From a virus (lineage: Duplodnaviria > Caudoviricetes): 43,882 nucleotides of DNA. Under the pieces are notes generated by a model that did not search any database, was not told the origin of the DNA, and saw only the letters and a program-made list of their open reading frames with translations. Shown piece by piece: positions 43,125 through 43,882 of this stretch. Where the stretch lies: the IMG/VR virus record IMGVR_UViG_3300043415_000099, positions 1-43,882 of that record. One strand, 5' to 3'. A program made the position numbers and the translations under genes. Position 1 is the first letter of the stretch. Each line of letters starts with the position of its first letter.

Positions 43125-43130
43125 GATATT

Positions 43131-43760
43131 TTATCTTCCGAATTTGGTCACGTTTGATAATGATGCGCCCATTATTTCAGCCGATGCACCTTTTTCACGT
43201 CCTTTGATTTTGTCGATAGCAGAAAAGAAGTTCTCCATGTATTTGGCAGACAGTGAGTCTTTGAACTCATTGACGACACTGTCTCCAATTTCTGCAATGC
43301 CATACTCTAGTCGCTGCAATGGCAAGGCGTCGCGTCCTCGGCGCTCATAAAAGTGGCCTCCCATTTTCTGAGAGTAAAACCCTTTCGGGTACTTACCAAA
43401 ACGCGAAGTGACGCCTTTGGTCTTGGTTACTTTGGCTCCGAGGTGTTTCAGAGAAATGGGATTCAAGCCGAACCAAACGCGGCCCTCTGGGTACTCGCCT
43501 TTGATTGACTGATAGCGGTATTTTATCCTGATACGCTCCCTCATGACCCGATAAGGAACGCCGGTCGCTGCCGCGAATTGTTTTGCACCTTCGCGTTCAC
43601 CCCACTTCATTGTCTGGCGCATAGCCGTCACAAGCGCGGCTTTGATGTCTTTCCTTAGTAGCCCAAGGCCAGATTGAATTCGATGAAAGTCATTCGACTC
43701 AAATAGCGCGAGCAAGCCGTGAACGGCAGCAAACTCGAATTTGTTTCCTTCAACGGCCAT
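43131..43760 (-). CDS. Tail completion protein (lambda gpZ-like)
   Basis: Basic protein with RVWFGLNPI and YERRGRDALPL; follows the head-closure gene across the join. Confidence 0.65.
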   Translation of the reverse strand: MAVEGNKFEFAAVHGLLALFESNDFHRIQSGLGLLRKDIKAALVTAMRQTMKWGEREGAKQFAAATGVPYRVMRERIRIKYRYQSIKGEYPEGRVWFGLNPISLKHLGAKVTKTKGVTSRFGKYPKGFYSQKMGGHFYERRGRDALPLQRLEYGIAEIGDSVVNEFKDSLSAKYMENFFSAIDKIKGREKGASAEIMGASLSNVTKFGR

Positions 43761-43882
43761 GGTGGTTATTCTTCATTCGTCACGTCCGTGAGCAGGATCG
43801 TAGAAAAGCCGGTGCCGTCAGGTTGGATCTGGAGCACCTCGAAAGTCTGGCAGGCAATCACGATCTTGTCCTCTCGCTTGAG
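43756..43882. repeat. Terminal direct repeat, right copy
   Basis: Identical to 1-127. Confidence 0.95.

Noticed and set aside
43756-43882. 127-bp terminal repeat as a biological DTR
   Set aside because: The length equals a common assembler k-mer and the repeat cuts through genes; gpA-type terminases make cos ends. It is best read as a circular-assembly overlap.

Overview
This window appears to be a complete, circularly assembled temperate phage genome of about 43,755 bp. The first 127 nt recur exactly at 43756-43882. It combines a lambda-type head and packaging module (gpA-type terminase, lambda-family portal, protease-capsid fusion) with a P2-type contractile tail. It also encodes a tyrosine integrase with an attP copying the 3' half of a tRNA-Lys(UUU), RecE-like and Sak4-like recombination genes, a helicase, a primase-helicase and two methyltransferases. 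The SSB sequence and the absence of Shine-Dalgarno motifs suggest a Verrucomicrobiota/PVC host (inference). Every credible protein gene is on the minus strand, and I found no divergent CI repressor gene. The most striking signal is non-coding. A predicted ~71-nt plus-strand sRNA (22026-22096) has its own promoter-like hexamers and terminator and lies back-to-back with an operator-controlled early promoter. It exposes two 'anti-AUG' seeds complementary to the start-codon regions of at least eight early genes, making it a candidate RNA-based immunity or repression system. Also visible are seven 18-bp palindromic operators, four identical 20-bp late-promoter boxes (three apparently leaderless) with a Mor/C-type activator, a C4-like three-way-junction RNA, a lambda-like cos candidate, an iteron-rich origin and a P2-type -1 frameshift. 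All protein calls come from motif recognition by eye; no database search was run.
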